The notes beneath the pieces are model-generated. The model was not told where the DNA came from and did no database searches. It saw only the letters and a program-made list of their open reading frames with translations. Made by a program: the position numbers and the translations under genes. A stretch of 64,000 bases of DNA from Phaeosaccion multiseriatum (lineage: Eukaryota > Protista > Ochrophyta, other classes), in NCBI GenBank assembly GCA_965112735.1, contig OZ218963.1:3038001-3102000 (forward strand), read 5' to 3'. Position 1 is the stretch's first letter; every line of letters begins with the position of its first letter. Of the stretch, positions 35,843 through 49,395 are shown in pieces.

Positions 35843-37496
35843 TCAGCGATTCTCCTTCTTGGCCTTCTTGATCCTCGTCTCGCGCTTGGCCTGCTGCAGG
35901 CGGAGAGTCCTGTCCATAACTTGTCTCTCCAGCGCGCGCTGTTTCATGTCGTTCATGCCCTGCAGCGAGGAAGCGCCCTCCCATCCCTGGCTGCCGCCGC
36001 CCCCGCCTTGCTCCGCACTGATGTCGTCGATGCTCTGGTACAGCAGCTGCGTGGCCTCCAGGCGGTCCATCACGGTGTAACCGCCAAAACGTATCCGACC
36101 CCGGGAAATCTCCACCCGTTGGCTTGATTTGGTCTTGTTCCTGGCCTTGCCTGTCACCTTGCTGCTGCTGCTGCTGCTGCTGCTGCCCTCCTCCATAGTA
36201 GGTTCCACATATACCGCACCGTCTCCCTCCGCCTCTTCTTTTTGCTGTCCCTCACTCTCTTCCACAGCTCGATCCAAACTCACTCTAGCGGCACCCCGCA
36301 CAATGCTATACACGGTCCGCGGAACAGCACTTGCTTTCTTGGATGGCACCACGTGACCAAGACCAACACTGTCAGACTGCTCTTTTAGCTGCTGGAGCCG
36401 GCTGGACTGGCTGGACAGGCTGGTCTTGCTGGAGTGGTCATGCGAAGAATGATGATGTTGTACATTCCCGACTCCTGCTCCAATGTCCTGACGAAACGCA
36501 AGACAACAAAAAGTCATTGTTGCAAGGGTCGCGGGTCAGTTGTAGCTACCCCCTTACACGAAGGGGCTTATGGAGCCTTGCAAAAGAGGTAAGGGGACGA
36601 AGGAAGAGAGATGCCCACCCCCCTGCAAGGCATGGACGGTACAAGCACAAGCACCTACTCCTTCCCATTCACTTTCCGTCCCACTCACCATGAGGTGTAG
36701 TCTCAAGGGAGGCAGTCTCGCTGCCGTGGACTTCACATTGCACGTAACGGCCACCTGCACCACATCCATTCTCCGGAGCTGTAACCGTCTTCCTCTGCTC
36801 CTTCCCTCACCCCCAAGATCATCTCTACCGCCACTACCACCACCACCAGCAGCATGAAGGCCCGGGGGAGACACTGTGAGACAGTCGCGGTTGTCCCCTC
36901 CCTCGCCATCCTTCAGAGCAAGGCTAGCGCCTGGCAACGCCCGGCAGGAGCTTGACTGGAGGTCAAACGCCGAGGAGGGGGGGCTCCCGCTGTCTTCGGG
37001 TAGCGCGAGAAGCGCGGGGTTCATCTGCGAGTATCCGGCGGCGGGGATGTCACGTGTTGAGGGCAGGCAGCAGCAGAGTAGTGAGGCAACACGTCAGGCT
37101 GCCAAGGCTCAGTGCAAGTTCACACCCTAATGTGTACGATACCGAAGCGTCCGCATGAACTGCGTCCCCACCGCATCCCGTATTCGTCACTCGTCCTTCC
37201 AAACCCCCAGGAAGTCGCTCCCACTGCTGGCTTACCGTACCTGCACCAAGCCCGTCTGATCACAGAGGTAGACAGGGCCTTTGACGTCGAAGGCGGGTAC
37301 GTAGGCAAGGAAGCCGTTCTCCCGGAGGGCAAACACCACCGCCGTTACCACTTGCTCCCTCTTCGCAAAGTACAGCCTCAAAAAGAGCTGCGTACACTCG
37401 AACGACAGTCGCTTGGCGCGTCGAGTTCTGTCGTTCAAAACCTCGCAGATCGCTCCCACCTCTCTCCCCGTGAACGGGCACCCACTACTGCCGCTC

Positions 37497-37528
<32 letters not shown>

Positions 37529-38911
37529 ACCAGCATCCTCTGCTTCGTCTCCTCCTACCTCCTCCACCCACTCCTCCGAGAAGCCCGGAGGCCCGTTAGG
37601 AGGAGGAGGAGGAGGATCGCTCGTGGATGTGGTCAGCGGTGGAAAGGCGGGTGGCAGTGGCAGAGGAGGCGACACACGTGACTGCTGCTGCTCCTCCTCA
37701 TCATCCACGCCCAGTCCCAACAGTGCGTCAAGCAAAGCGTCGGCGTCCTCCTCCTCCTCGGCGGCGTGCACCGACGCCAAACGCGTGCTACTCACTTTCT
37801 CAACGGTGCTGGTGCCGTCGAGCTGGGTCACCAGCTGCCCCGTGCCGATATCCCTTCTTCGCCTTCCTTCCCTGTCCACCCTTCCAGCAGCTCCGACGGT
37901 GGCAATGGAGGGGGTTTTTGACGACGGCACCATGATTCCTGCCGCGGCCACTCCTCGTCCTCTACCTCCTCCTCCTCCTCCTCCTCCTCCTCCTCCTGCT
38001 GCTGCTGCTGCTGCTGCTGCTGTATCACCAACTGTTGTTGCTCCCTCTACTCCGAGCCAGTCTTGCCGCGCCTTCAGAGCAGTCTGCTGCCATCTGCTTT
38101 CCTCGCCGCTCTCCAGTGCTGCCATGAGGAGGCGATGGACCACCACATCTGCGTACCTTCGGATGGGACTGAATAAAAAATGCAAAAAGCAACACAAAGG
38201 GGGGAGGGCGCGAGAATGAAGGCCAGGACAGGGCGAAAACCAAAGGAAGCGAAGCAAAGAGATTGAGACACACCAACCCCCTCCGCGCAGCAACGGGGGG
38301 GGGAGAGAAGATGGCACAGGGGGGGGGGGAGAAGATGGCACAGGGGGGGGGAGAAAAGATGGCACTACAGGCTCCAAGTTGTCCTTTTGCTCGAGCTTTC
38401 TGCATACCTAGTGAAGTGTGTGTACAGATTGATTCCGAGGCCGAAGTGCTGAAAACGGCCGTCGTCGACCCTCTTCGCCCCTACGCCCCCTCCGCCTCCT
38501 CCCCCTCCTTTCTGACCAGGGCTGAGAGAGGAAATGCTATCATCGTCCAGTGGGGAGAAAGCCCCTGCTACGCCGCGGGTCGAGCTGGAGCCGCGTGCTA
38601 TAGTCACCCTCCGCTCTTTGTCCCCCTGTTGCTGCTGCTGCTGCCGCTCCGTTAAAGTTCCTGAGGACACATACTGAGCCTCCGCCATGGACCGAGTGAC
38701 GAGCGAGACAAGCATCGAAGCCGCTTCCCTCTCTTCCTGGCTGCTGCCCTGCTTGGATGTGGCCACCGCTTGTTGCAGCTGCGCCACTGTGAGCTGTTTG
38801 CCGGTGGAGCTGCTGTCTGCGCTCTGCCCGCTCTTGCCGAAGATCCCTGCCACATGGGAGTCAAAAGGGTTCGCATGGCGTGAGAAAGGGAGGAAATGAT
38901 CGAGAAAGCAG

Positions 38912-38951
<40 letters not shown>

Positions 38952-41900
38952 GTGTGTGTGTGTGCGGGGCATGGATGGGTTACCTTGTAGGGCCTCCTCC
39001 TCTCCCAACGCTTCAAGCGTGTCCGCCAGAGGGGCGCTGTGGCTTCGAAGCAGCGCTGCGGTTGGGAAGGACGCATATATTGCCGCCGCCACAGAGCTGT
39101 TGGCCAAAATCTGCGCCGCGGAGGAGGGGAGGAACAAGACAGAAGGGGGAAGCGAAGTGTGGAAGACACAGGGAGGGAAGTACACCAGAGGATGGATGAA
39201 GCGTAATTTGCTTGCCTGGCCATGTTCCCCTCATCCGTTTCAAGCGCCCCTCGTCTCTCTCTCTTCTCACCTCCCTAAGTGAGCACTCCGTCCCCTCTTT
39301 CTCTCTCTTCTCACCCCCCCTCCTCTGCTCTGTTCTGCTCACACACTCTCCATCTCCCTTCTCACCCCTTCCTCCCTCTCTGACTACTCCTACTCCCTAC
39401 TCACTCACCATGAGCTCTTCAATGACCTCGTGTACCTCCATGTGCATGGCACTGCCCATGGTCAAGGGCTCGCCTGACTCGTCGTCAATACCGAAGCTCA
39501 GCTCCTTGGCGCCCCCCGATAGATCCATTGACCCGTCCAGCGTCCGCTGCCGCCGCAAGGCCCTCGCAAAGTGTGTCAAGGCCCACAAGTCCTTCGCTAG
39601 AGAGGGTTGCAGGGCCTACAAACAGAGGGAACGACACACAAATATGGCAGTTACAGAAGAGTCATGCTCCCCTCCGTGTCAAGCGGATCGCCTCAAAGCC
39701 AGAGTGTACCCCCTTTTCCGCCGCACGCTGAGAGTGCTGTGGACGACGCGTACCTCGTCAATGGGACCGCCGGCCTGGCCAGGAGGCGGGTCTCGGCCCT
39801 AAGTGTCATTGGTTGTAAAGGGAGGAAGGAAATGAAGAGAAGGGCACGGCAGCAAAGAGAAGGGGAGTATTAGGGTGTGTCAAGACCTACACACACCCAA
39901 CACGCAACAATCATCAGCTCACTCACCTCTTTCACCCGAGTTCTGCCCGTGCTGAGCAGATCGTCCGCTTGATTGTAGGTCATGGCAGCCTTGGAGTGGA
40001 TCGCAGTCCTCCCCAGCCACGCCGCTGGGCCGCCTCCCCCCCCCCTCGCGGCTGCTCTGTCCGGCGGGGGAGGGACCATTCGATATTCTTCTTGCCCATC
40101 CTTGTCGGAAACCACCTCGAGCTCCCAGAGGACGCTCACAGCCAAGCGGTCCTTGCCTCCGTGGAGGGAACACAAGTCACTGGACAGCAGTGCAGGGAGC
40201 ATGTCATACCTGAAGGGGGTGGTGGGGGTGGGGCGTGGTGTATACAACAGAGAAAAAGGGGGGGGGGGGAGGAAGAGGGAGAGAGGGAGAGAGGGAGAGA
40301 GAGGAGGGATGGGGCAGAGTTGAGTACACAGTGGATGCCCAAAACGCACGCCTGAGCGTTCTACTAAACGACACACGACAAGACACGAGTAAGTTATGAC
40401 TCCGAGCCGACACAGATCAGAGAATTGATGAGAGGAGTCAAACATCCGTCCGTCCCTTCCAATAACAAAAACACCCCACAGAACACCTACCTCGTGTGTG
40501 TGAGATAGACTGTCGTTCCCCTCTGCCGAGCCTCTCTGTCCAGAGCCCCGTCGTGCTCAACAAAGTGCGTTACATCTGCAATATGCACACCCACCTCAAT
40601 CCTCCCTCCCCCCAGGCTGCGCACGTGCATGGCGTCATCAATGTCTTGGCACCCCGGAGGATCCACGCTAAATACGTTGTAGTCATCGCCCCGCAGGTCT
40701 CGCCGTTTGGAGGCCTCCTTTGGTTTGGTTGGACAGAGGGACGAAGAAGAAGAGGAGGAGGAGGAGGAGGAGGAGGAGGAGGAGGAGGATCAGGAGGAGG
40801 AGGAGAAGGAGGAGGAGGAGGAGGAGGAGGAGGAGGAGGAGGAGGAGGAGGAGGAGGAGGAGAAGGAGGAGGAGGAGGAGAGGCGGAAAAACAGGAGAAG
40901 GGCGTCAGCGGGAGGAAAGGTAGTAGTGGCGATGGCGGCAAATGCCCCACGAGAGTGTGACAAGGAAACACACTCTGCATGGCGCTAGGAGTAGCGTCAA
41001 TAGCATACCCTTCAGACATAGCCCGTAGCAAGCGCTCCTCCAGTGAGTCTTTCAACACAGACAACACCCGCTCGCTCACTCACTCACCTCTGCCGGCAAT
41101 TGCCATCTAGAGTCTGTCCAGGGATACTGCCGCCGGAATTGGGGGGGGGGCATTCCCTTCCCCTCGCCGTCCGACACCCCTGACCCTCCCTGGTGTGCGT
41201 CACCCGTCCTCGTGTCTACACCTCCCCCTTTCACCGCCGCCCCCCCCGGGTACGCCGCAGCAGCAGCCTTCTCAGCGAGGGCCTCGAAAGATTGAGGCTC
41301 GTGCGGCGGCTGAGGCACTGCGGGCAGACAGGCGAGGGCTCTCGGGCTAAACGCGTCGAAGCCCGCTTCATGTTCAACGAGCATGGCAGCCACTTCGCAC
41401 GACACCGCACCAACAGGGCCCAGTGACCGGACGTAGTGACTGCGCGGGCGGCGGGGGGGGGGGGGTTCAGAGAGGAGGAGGGAGGGGTTCAATCACACAC
41501 GCCTTCACGGCAGGGCTTCAGTCAGTCACGTCTGCGTGGGATCAATGAATAGATAACCTCACTGGTGTTGTGGGAGAGTAAAGGTGTCCTGAATGCTGCC
41601 CTGCTGCTGACACAGGTGGTGCTATTGGTGGGTGGTGGTGGTGATGGTGGTGGTGGTGGTGGTGGTGACGGTGCTATTATGGCCACTGCGCATGTTGATG
41701 ACGAAGGCGCACTACTTTACTCACCCGTTTGGGTAGACAGAGTCCTCGTCCCACCCATCCATGACCACGACCAGACGCTGCTCGGCAAGGTGCTGCAGCT
41801 GGCGAGTGCGCATTCGGATCTTTGGTATCCTGCTATCCATCGGGACTGGGGCAAAGTAAAGAGAAGGTCCAGGTGGCGGGCTGTGAGAATTGTGTCACAG

Positions 41901-44310
41901 ATACGGCAGCGTCGAGGTGTATTCGACCCCCAACACCAAAGCCTATGCGGGCCTTCCTTCTCGATGCAGCTCCGGGCGGGCCCGATGCCTTCTTTGCCTT
42001 CCTTATCCTCCGCCGCCCCGAGCTTCCTTGTTTGCCTTCCTTGACTTCCGTGCCTTCGTCGTTCACAAGGCTCAACCGTCAACAGGTACCGTATCGTGCA
42101 TTGTGCCTCTCCCCAACCCCCCTGTTTTGAAAATTGTGTCTGTGTGTCTTACCAGTGAGAATGCTCATCTCTCCTCCGCTCTCGCCCCTGTCCAGCTCCT
42201 CCCGAGGAATGGTCACCACAAAGGGTCTGCGCCGCTGCTTGTCCACCACGGAAACCACCACCCCGGTGGGTACACTCCCGGGGGTGGGGCGGCAGTGGAG
42301 GCTGCCACGTGTAATTTTTTCGCGGAGGAGCCAGCAGACAGGGGGACATGGCTTCTGGTCAAGGGTTGCTGCCCAACTGTGCCCCCCCCCCCCCCGGCTC
42401 CCCTCCCACGATGAGGCACATCCACTAACGGTGACACGCAAGGCTTTCCGCTGCACCTGCCTCCCCCCTCAGCAAAAGAACCAAAAACAATACAAGACGG
42501 TAGTGTCCCCTTCCTTACCTCTCCGACCCGCTCTGAGCGGCTCCTCCCGTCTCGTCCTGCTGATCGTCCTCTGCCGCCAAGAGAGGAGCAAAGGTCAGTC
42601 GCCTTCGACTGGTGGGCGTCTGCCACTGTGAGGATGGTAACAGCCGAACGGCTACGACGTCCCCCTGAACAGCCCTGTTCATGCTCTCTCTGCCCTGAAT
42701 CAGCACCTCCCTTGATGGCTTCGTGTTACCAGACCCCCCGCCCTGATCAGTGGAGGAGGAAGCCGACGGTTTCGACAGTTTCACCATGGCTTCGCGTGGG
42801 TTATGCTTCATCACCTCCAGAACGCCTTGTAAAGTCGCCGGTCCTGCTGGAAGAAAAAGTAGGAAGTGGAGCATAGGTTGAAGGGTGAGGAAGAAAGAAG
42901 GCGAGACGAATCGAAACCTTGGGAGGGGTAAATATACGGAGGAGCGAGCAAGCGAAGCATGCGAACAGGATTTCCACTTTTATTTCCCTTTTGGTTTCCC
43001 TCCTTACCACCGAGGCATCAAGGAAAGTGAGGAGATGAGGGGGCCTACAAGAACAACAGCAGAATGGAGCATCAATCCGCCTCTGCCTGCATGCAGCGGT
43101 CTGGTTCACCTCCACCACTCTCACGCCTTGCTCAAGGTGCCGTATGTGCCTTACCTGCGTCCGCCCCAGGCGCAGGCGCAGCGCCCCCCCCCACCACTGC
43201 CTCACCTGCCACTGCCTCACCTGCCAGCATCGTCACCTCGGGGTTGTTCTCCCTCTCCGCTGCGTCTTCCTCGGCAAGGGCCTTCCTCTTGGTGAGCAGC
43301 TCCTCGCGACGCAGCTTAAGCCCCTTCCCCGAGTTGGCCAGGACGCAGTTCAGCAATTCCTCGCAAGTCATCACTGCAGGGGCGGAACCAGGCTCCTCGC
43401 CCACAGACGAGACTCCTCTCTTCTCTTGTGCGTCGTCGGTGACAATCGCAAACTGCTGCTGCTCTGCGGGGGTGCGTGTGATGGTACCTTTCGACGACGG
43501 TTGGCGTCCCAAATGAGATTGAAGCCACGCTGCGGCCTTGTTCAATGCCAGGCCTGAGCGCGCCAGGGGCTGATGGGCCTTGCTTGCTCCCGGGTCTGAT
43601 AAACCAAAAGAGAAGTCGGGCGGACGGTCAAGGCTCACACTCTCCTGACATAGTGGCCGGGGGGCACTTCAGCAGTCGGAATGGGAAAAAAAGAGGAAGG
43701 AAGAAGAATGACAAGCATTTCCCCCCCCCGGCTTTCACACAGAGAACAACTCTACTTCCGTACCATGTGTATAGGTGTGCGCGCAATGCTGATTGAAGAA
43801 CAGAAGACTTCCGTGGGACCTTCTCACCAAGGCGCGAAGGCTGCGCTGTTGGCGGGCAGTCATGCCCTCCCCAGCCTCGGAGAGCGCACTCTGAAGGAAA
43901 ATCAATCGGACATTCGATCCTTCCGACCCTGTCTGAGGATGCAGTAAGGCGGATCGAAAGCTCTCGTCGCTGAAAAGGTCGAGATAGCAAGACAGCATCT
44001 TCGCATCGAGCATAGCGTAAAGGACCATCGCTCTACTCCCAGAGTCCTTGTTGCTGCTGCGCTCACTTGCTCCTGCGTTCGGGCCTGCCTGCCGTGAAGC
44101 ATCGTCAGGGTCAGAAGCACCGTCATCGTCCCCCTCGATGGTGATGAGAAGAGAAGCATCGTCACTCCTGAGGTAGTGTTCTCGTATCCGTACCGCCCCT
44201 CCCGCCCTCCTCCTCCCCTGCTGCGACCCACGAATCCGGGGCACGACAAACGTTCCCTGCACCTGCGTGAGAGGAAGAAGGACCCCCCCCGCTCCACGTT
44301 CTTTAGCCAT
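35843..44310 (-). CDS. DIS3L: DIS3-like exoribonuclease (RNase II/RNB family, DIS3L-like), many exons
   Basis: REHYLR N-terminus, [85 protein letters not shown] (DIS3L-type), [24 protein letters not shown]. Confidence 0.9.
38295..38370. repeat. ~24-bp intronic minisatellite x3
   Basis: ggggggggaga.aagatggcaca repeated. Confidence 0.85.
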
Positions 44311-45128
44311 CCTACGTAGCGGGAGCAGAAGCTTTTAAAGACAAACGACAGAGGGAAGTAGAATTCAAATCCTGACTTGGCGACGACCCTTCTGAGGGTG
44401 AGAGATTCCTTTTTTTCTTTTTTTGATCCCACCACCCGATAGCTACATGTGCTCAGACGCCTTCTTTTTTCCCGGTAGGCTTTTCAGGGATAGTTCTGGG
44501 CCGCTCTACTTCACACAGCGGGGTCTGTCCAGCACGATTACGTCCGACGGTACTCCTATGTACTACAGTACCTCCCCTCTTCGTCCGTGTCAGGTGAGGA
44601 TCACGCAGCTGCTTGTGCGCATAGCAGGGAGCGTCGTATAAGCTGTCCTCGACGTATGCCTTTGCTCACTCGTCCTTACTTTGTCCCTTTCATGGGCCCC
44701 TTTTCCTCTACAAGACTACAACCCCCTCTTTCCTTCCTTCCTTCCGTCCTTCCTTCCTTTTTGTATTCCCCGTTGTGGAGGAGGAGATCCGCTCCCCGTG
44801 CCCATGCTGCTTGGAACTGAAACGCAAGTCCTCCCCCCGGGCAGAAATGTACCCAGCCCCCCCCCCCCCGCACACAGTCTGGATGGGAGCAAAAGCAGCC
44901 GCAGGGGCTCATCTCAGCTGTATCTGCCGAGGGTGAAACACCGCCACACGTGTTTGCAGCAGCGATGGCAGCAGCGGAGGCGGCTCTCACCATGCCGCAA
45001 TTGTGATGCCCCCCCCCTCCCCCTAGTGATGGAGTCAGTCCTCCCCGCGGCTAACCAATGAGATGAGCTCTACTGTAGTAGAGATGGCTGCAGAGGGAGG
45101 CTGGATGGATGCCTCGCCCTACAGCGTC

Positions 45129-45159
<31 letters not shown>

Positions 45160-45599
45160 ACTGCGATGCCTTCAGTGCCTGCATTTCCCTACGCTGCTGT
45201 CGGCTTGCCGGGGGTGGCTGCCACTGCGCTGCTGGACCTTACCTTGTTTTGCAGAGCCGACCCTTGCAACAGCGGCAGCACCAGCACCAGTTGGTGCTAC
45301 AGCAGCCCCGTAGTGGGACTTGTGACTTGTACCTCTGGTGCTGATGTGTGCGTAACGGAAGTCGGGAGAGCTTCTGGAGTTGCACTGATGGACGTTGAGG
45401 CCTCTCCTCCCCAAGTAGGCGATGGAGCGTAGCTGTGCTTGTCAAGCATGATTGTTTCCTGTTCGTCTTGGTACGGAAGCGCCGTCACCAGCTGCGTCCT
45501 TGAAAGTCAAGGCTGTTTGTCCCCATTGGAACCGGCAGCAGCGGCAGGAGCAGTTGGCGATGAAACAGCAGCCAAGTGAAGCTGCCTCCTTCTGTGGTT

Positions 45600-45759
45600 C
45601 TAGAGCCGCGCTATACCCTCAGCTCTGGCCACTTGGTCCCTGCTCAGGCTGTCGGCGAAGAGTCGAGCGCACTGAGGCACTGCAAGGGCATCCGTGTACT
45701 TTGTGACCTTCTCGCTTGCGGCGTCGACTTGTAAGGTAGAGGTGCAGTGGAAAGGGGCG

Positions 45760-45803
<44 letters not shown>

Positions 45804-48047
45804 GAGGGCAGAACTGTATGCGGAGCCGACATGGAGAGGGAGAATAGAGGCCATGAGACATACAAGCCCTTGGAACGAATGGGGAGAGCGGCAGCAGCAG
45901 CAGCAGCACCAGCAGCAGCAGCAGTAGAGTGAGTGAGGCTCGCTCACCCTTCTTTTCCGTGTCTTCTTCAAAGGCCCTGTCTGGACCCCTTGCTTTGCTG
46001 TAGTGGTCGCTAATAGCCATCGCTCGAATCGTCTCGTCGGCTGTGAGCGGAGCCTTGAAGTGATCGTGAAGCAGCACTGGGGCGGCAAGCACAAGATTCA
46101 CGTAAAACCAACACGGATGGTGTTTAGCAAGCGTCGCACAGCAAAGCAAAACGCAGATGCCAACAAACAGCACACTGAGAGTTGGACGCGGAGCAAAATA
46201 AGCTGTACAAAAGGACGAGTAGTTTGGGACAGCAGAGGCGAAAGGCCGAGTAGGACCGATGAGAAAGAAGATAGACTGGTCGGGAGGGAGCGCTGTGGCT
46301 GTACATCGCATGTCCTGCGGTACCCTACCTGGGAGTGCCTCAGGCAAGGTTCCGTAGTTCAGGGGCAGCCCCCAGCCGCCGCTCCGCCCTTCGCTCGCAC
46401 CCTGCCAAAGCAGTGGCGGTAGCAGTGGAAGAAAACGGGGGGGGCGCAGATAGGCAGCGCAGCAGCGTTCGTAATGGCATTGATGTCGCAAAGGTGATAC
46501 TCTCTCTTACAGCCCCCGGCCCTCAAGTCCTCAACCCCCAAACCGTCAAGACCTCTCTCCCTACCTGATGCCTTCGGAGGTCTACTTGATCGGCTGCCGT
46601 CTGGCATAGCACAGCGATGTGAGCGGCGCAATACTGTTCGTCCGGACCAGTCCTTAGCTCTGACGCACTTAACTGCGCGAGAAGGTTCGGAGCAGAAGGG
46701 GGGGGGGGGGGGGGTTGAGCGGTGTTCCCAGGGATGAGAGAGAAGACCAAGCCCCAGGAATCGTGGACCTTCTTTCAAATGTGGATCGTATAGCACAGGC
46801 AGATGGATACATAATATTTATATTATATATATATATTATATATATAAATAAATAGGTGATGTGCACACACAGATGGGTATGTGAGGTCTACTGCTCACTA
46901 ACCTGGGTCACCGCTAAGACGGACTGTGGGGGATCGGACTTGTGGCGCAGGCAGGGGCTGTTGCCGCGCGATTTCTTGGTCGTCAAATTTCCGGACTGAT
47001 CCTGGGGAGAGGAGGGTCGAAGGGGGGGGGGGGATGGCAGTAGATGGTGAGTGGGAGGGGAGAGGAGGGTCGGGGGGGGGAGGGGAAGGAGGCGAGAGAG
47101 GGGATGGGGTGCCACGTGCCACCATTTAAGGGGGATCATGAGCGGGCAGAGGAGAGCGCTTCTGTTTTAGAGAGAGGAACTATTGTTCCATGGTCCCGTC
47201 TTCTTTGTGTGGAGCGGTCGGGTTCCCAACCCCCACTCTCCCACACAGCTCCACAAGACAGGTCAGCATAAGCACCCCTGGCTGGAGGAAGGAGAGAGGC
47301 TGACCAGGTAATCGCAACACAACACAGCACCGCCCTCCGTTCACACGTGCATGCCCCCCCCCGTTCCCTTTGGAAGAAGGAAGGAGAAGAACTCTCTCCC
47401 ACACACACCTCCTCCCTCCTCTTTAGTCTCTCTTACCAGCCGGGTACCAAGCAGTGACATGACCACTGGAACAGGCTCTCGAAAGACGAAGATCCAAGGC
47501 GTGCGGGGGAAGGCATCCAGCATAACGTGCATGGCTTCTACGGTTGACGACTGGAACTTGAAGAACACATACTCGTGCCGCACATTGGGCGTGTCGAGCG
47601 AGACTTTGCCCATCGCCAAGATGACCGTACGGAGGATGGAGGCCTGTCGCTCGGGTGAACATCCGGGGCAGTGCTTGAAGATGGTAGGAGGTGGGGCACT
47701 GTGGGGGAAGGGAAGAAGCAAGGAAGGGAGCGACAAAAAGACCAGAGGGGCAGGAGGGTTGGAGCATATGTGCATGTGTGCATTTCAGTTTCAAGGAGGG
47801 GAGGCGGCAGACTGATGGAGGAGCCTTGTCTGTGCCTAGCGTATTTGACGAGCAGAGTGGTGGCCGCGCGCATAGGGGAGGATCTCCCCCACGGCGTCAC
47901 GTGTGAGAGATCGATCAGAGGAGAGGTAACCCACCCCCCAAAAAAGAGGTACCGATACTGTGATGTCCCTGTGCAACCAAGTATCTCAATCCGCCAACAA
48001 CAATGGAAAAAAAACAGAAGCAACAGCAGCAGCAGCAGCAGCAGCAA

Positions 48048-48082
<35 letters not shown>

Positions 48083-49148
48083 GTAGTGATAATAACAATA
48101 ATAATAACAAAAAGAGGCCGGCCTTCCGTCACGCTGGCTGCCTGTCACTCCCTACGCCCCACGCACTACGCACTACGCACCTTTCGCTGTACACGATATG
48201 CCTGGGCGACGCCGCAAGCATGTTGGCAACGAGGGTGGAGCCGCAGCGAGCCATGTGGAACACAAAGCCAGAGGGCTCCAAGTACGAAGACGGGTTCGCC
48301 TCGATCTCACGCTGCGCGTGGGTAGGGGAGGAACGGGACGGTGAGGTAGGTGGGGGAGGAGGAATGCTGCAACTGTCCTCCCATCGCGTTCCTCGGCGGG
48401 GCATTCTGGGCAAGCCAGACGTGTTTGATGAACATCAAGCGGAGGGATGCATCATCCACCATTCACCTTCTGTCTCCTTTGCTTCGCGTACCTCTATTGA
48501 TTCTAGCGAAGTGGACTTGCCCCCTCCACAGCGGCTGACGGCAACCAGATCCTTGAACATTGGGTACCTGTAGGGCTCGCGATAGTGGGCGTCCCGGTCC
48601 AGCTGGCACCGCTTGACGACGACCGATTGTCCATTGTTGCTAATTTTTACGTCAATGGGGACCAAGGCAGAGGGCACTACTTCCATCCATCCATCGCATG
48701 GGACAAGAGGGGCAGCAGCAAGAGCAGCAGGCCAAAGGCACATCAGGAAGGGAAGGAACATGAGAGAGGGGGGGGGAGAGGCACAGCCAAAGCTTGTAGG
48801 GTGTTGAGGAAGTGCGTCGGGCTCAACCTCAGGGTTGCCAGAGAAAGAGGAGAATCAGCCCACGGAAGCTAGACTTTGGTGCACCGTACGGAATCCCGTA
48901 CGCCCTTCAACGACACCCACATAACAAAACAGGAAGCCCTTGCCGTGGCGCGCACCTGCAACATCTTCGACCAGAAAAGGACTCTTGGCTTTTTCTCCTC
49001 CTCCCTGGCCACCTCCACTCAATACGGCATCTTTGAGGCGTCCCCAGCTCCCCAAGACCAGTACGGAGAAGAAAATATAGGCGGCCATTAGGGTCAGCAA
49101 CAGCGTCCTTCCTACTCCTCCACCAGACTGCTCACGAAAGGGTGGCAT
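45600..49148 (-). CDS. Membrane-anchored sulfotransferase-like P-loop protein, multi-exon
   Basis: N-terminal TM anchor; PSGFVFHMARCGSTLVANML, FFKFQS, FPRTPWIFVFREPVPVVMSLL, PCLR, QYCAAHIAVLC, LNYGTLP..HF, YSK..FEED..K..AS motifs join across GT-AG introns. Confidence 0.72.
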
Positions 49149-49395
49149 AGCGCTCTGCCCCCCGACCGGAAAGCGAGACAAGCCACCTAGTTGCAGACTC
49201 CTCCAACGAGGGAAGGGCGAAGAAGGGAGGGATCAGCAGGAAGAAGAAAAAAAATGTATGTCAACAAATCAACTGCCGGCTGGGGACAAGGAAAAACACC
49301 ACACCACACACTAAAGAGAGAGATTGAAAGAAAGACCCAGGGGAGAGAGACCTCTGCTCCTGGAAGTCGCTACCGGTGTGCTATCGCTGCTGCTG

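Noticed and set aside
45600-46100. hAT-like C-terminal transposase fragment
   Set aside because: The segments join in frame as the last exons of the sulfotransferase-like gene.
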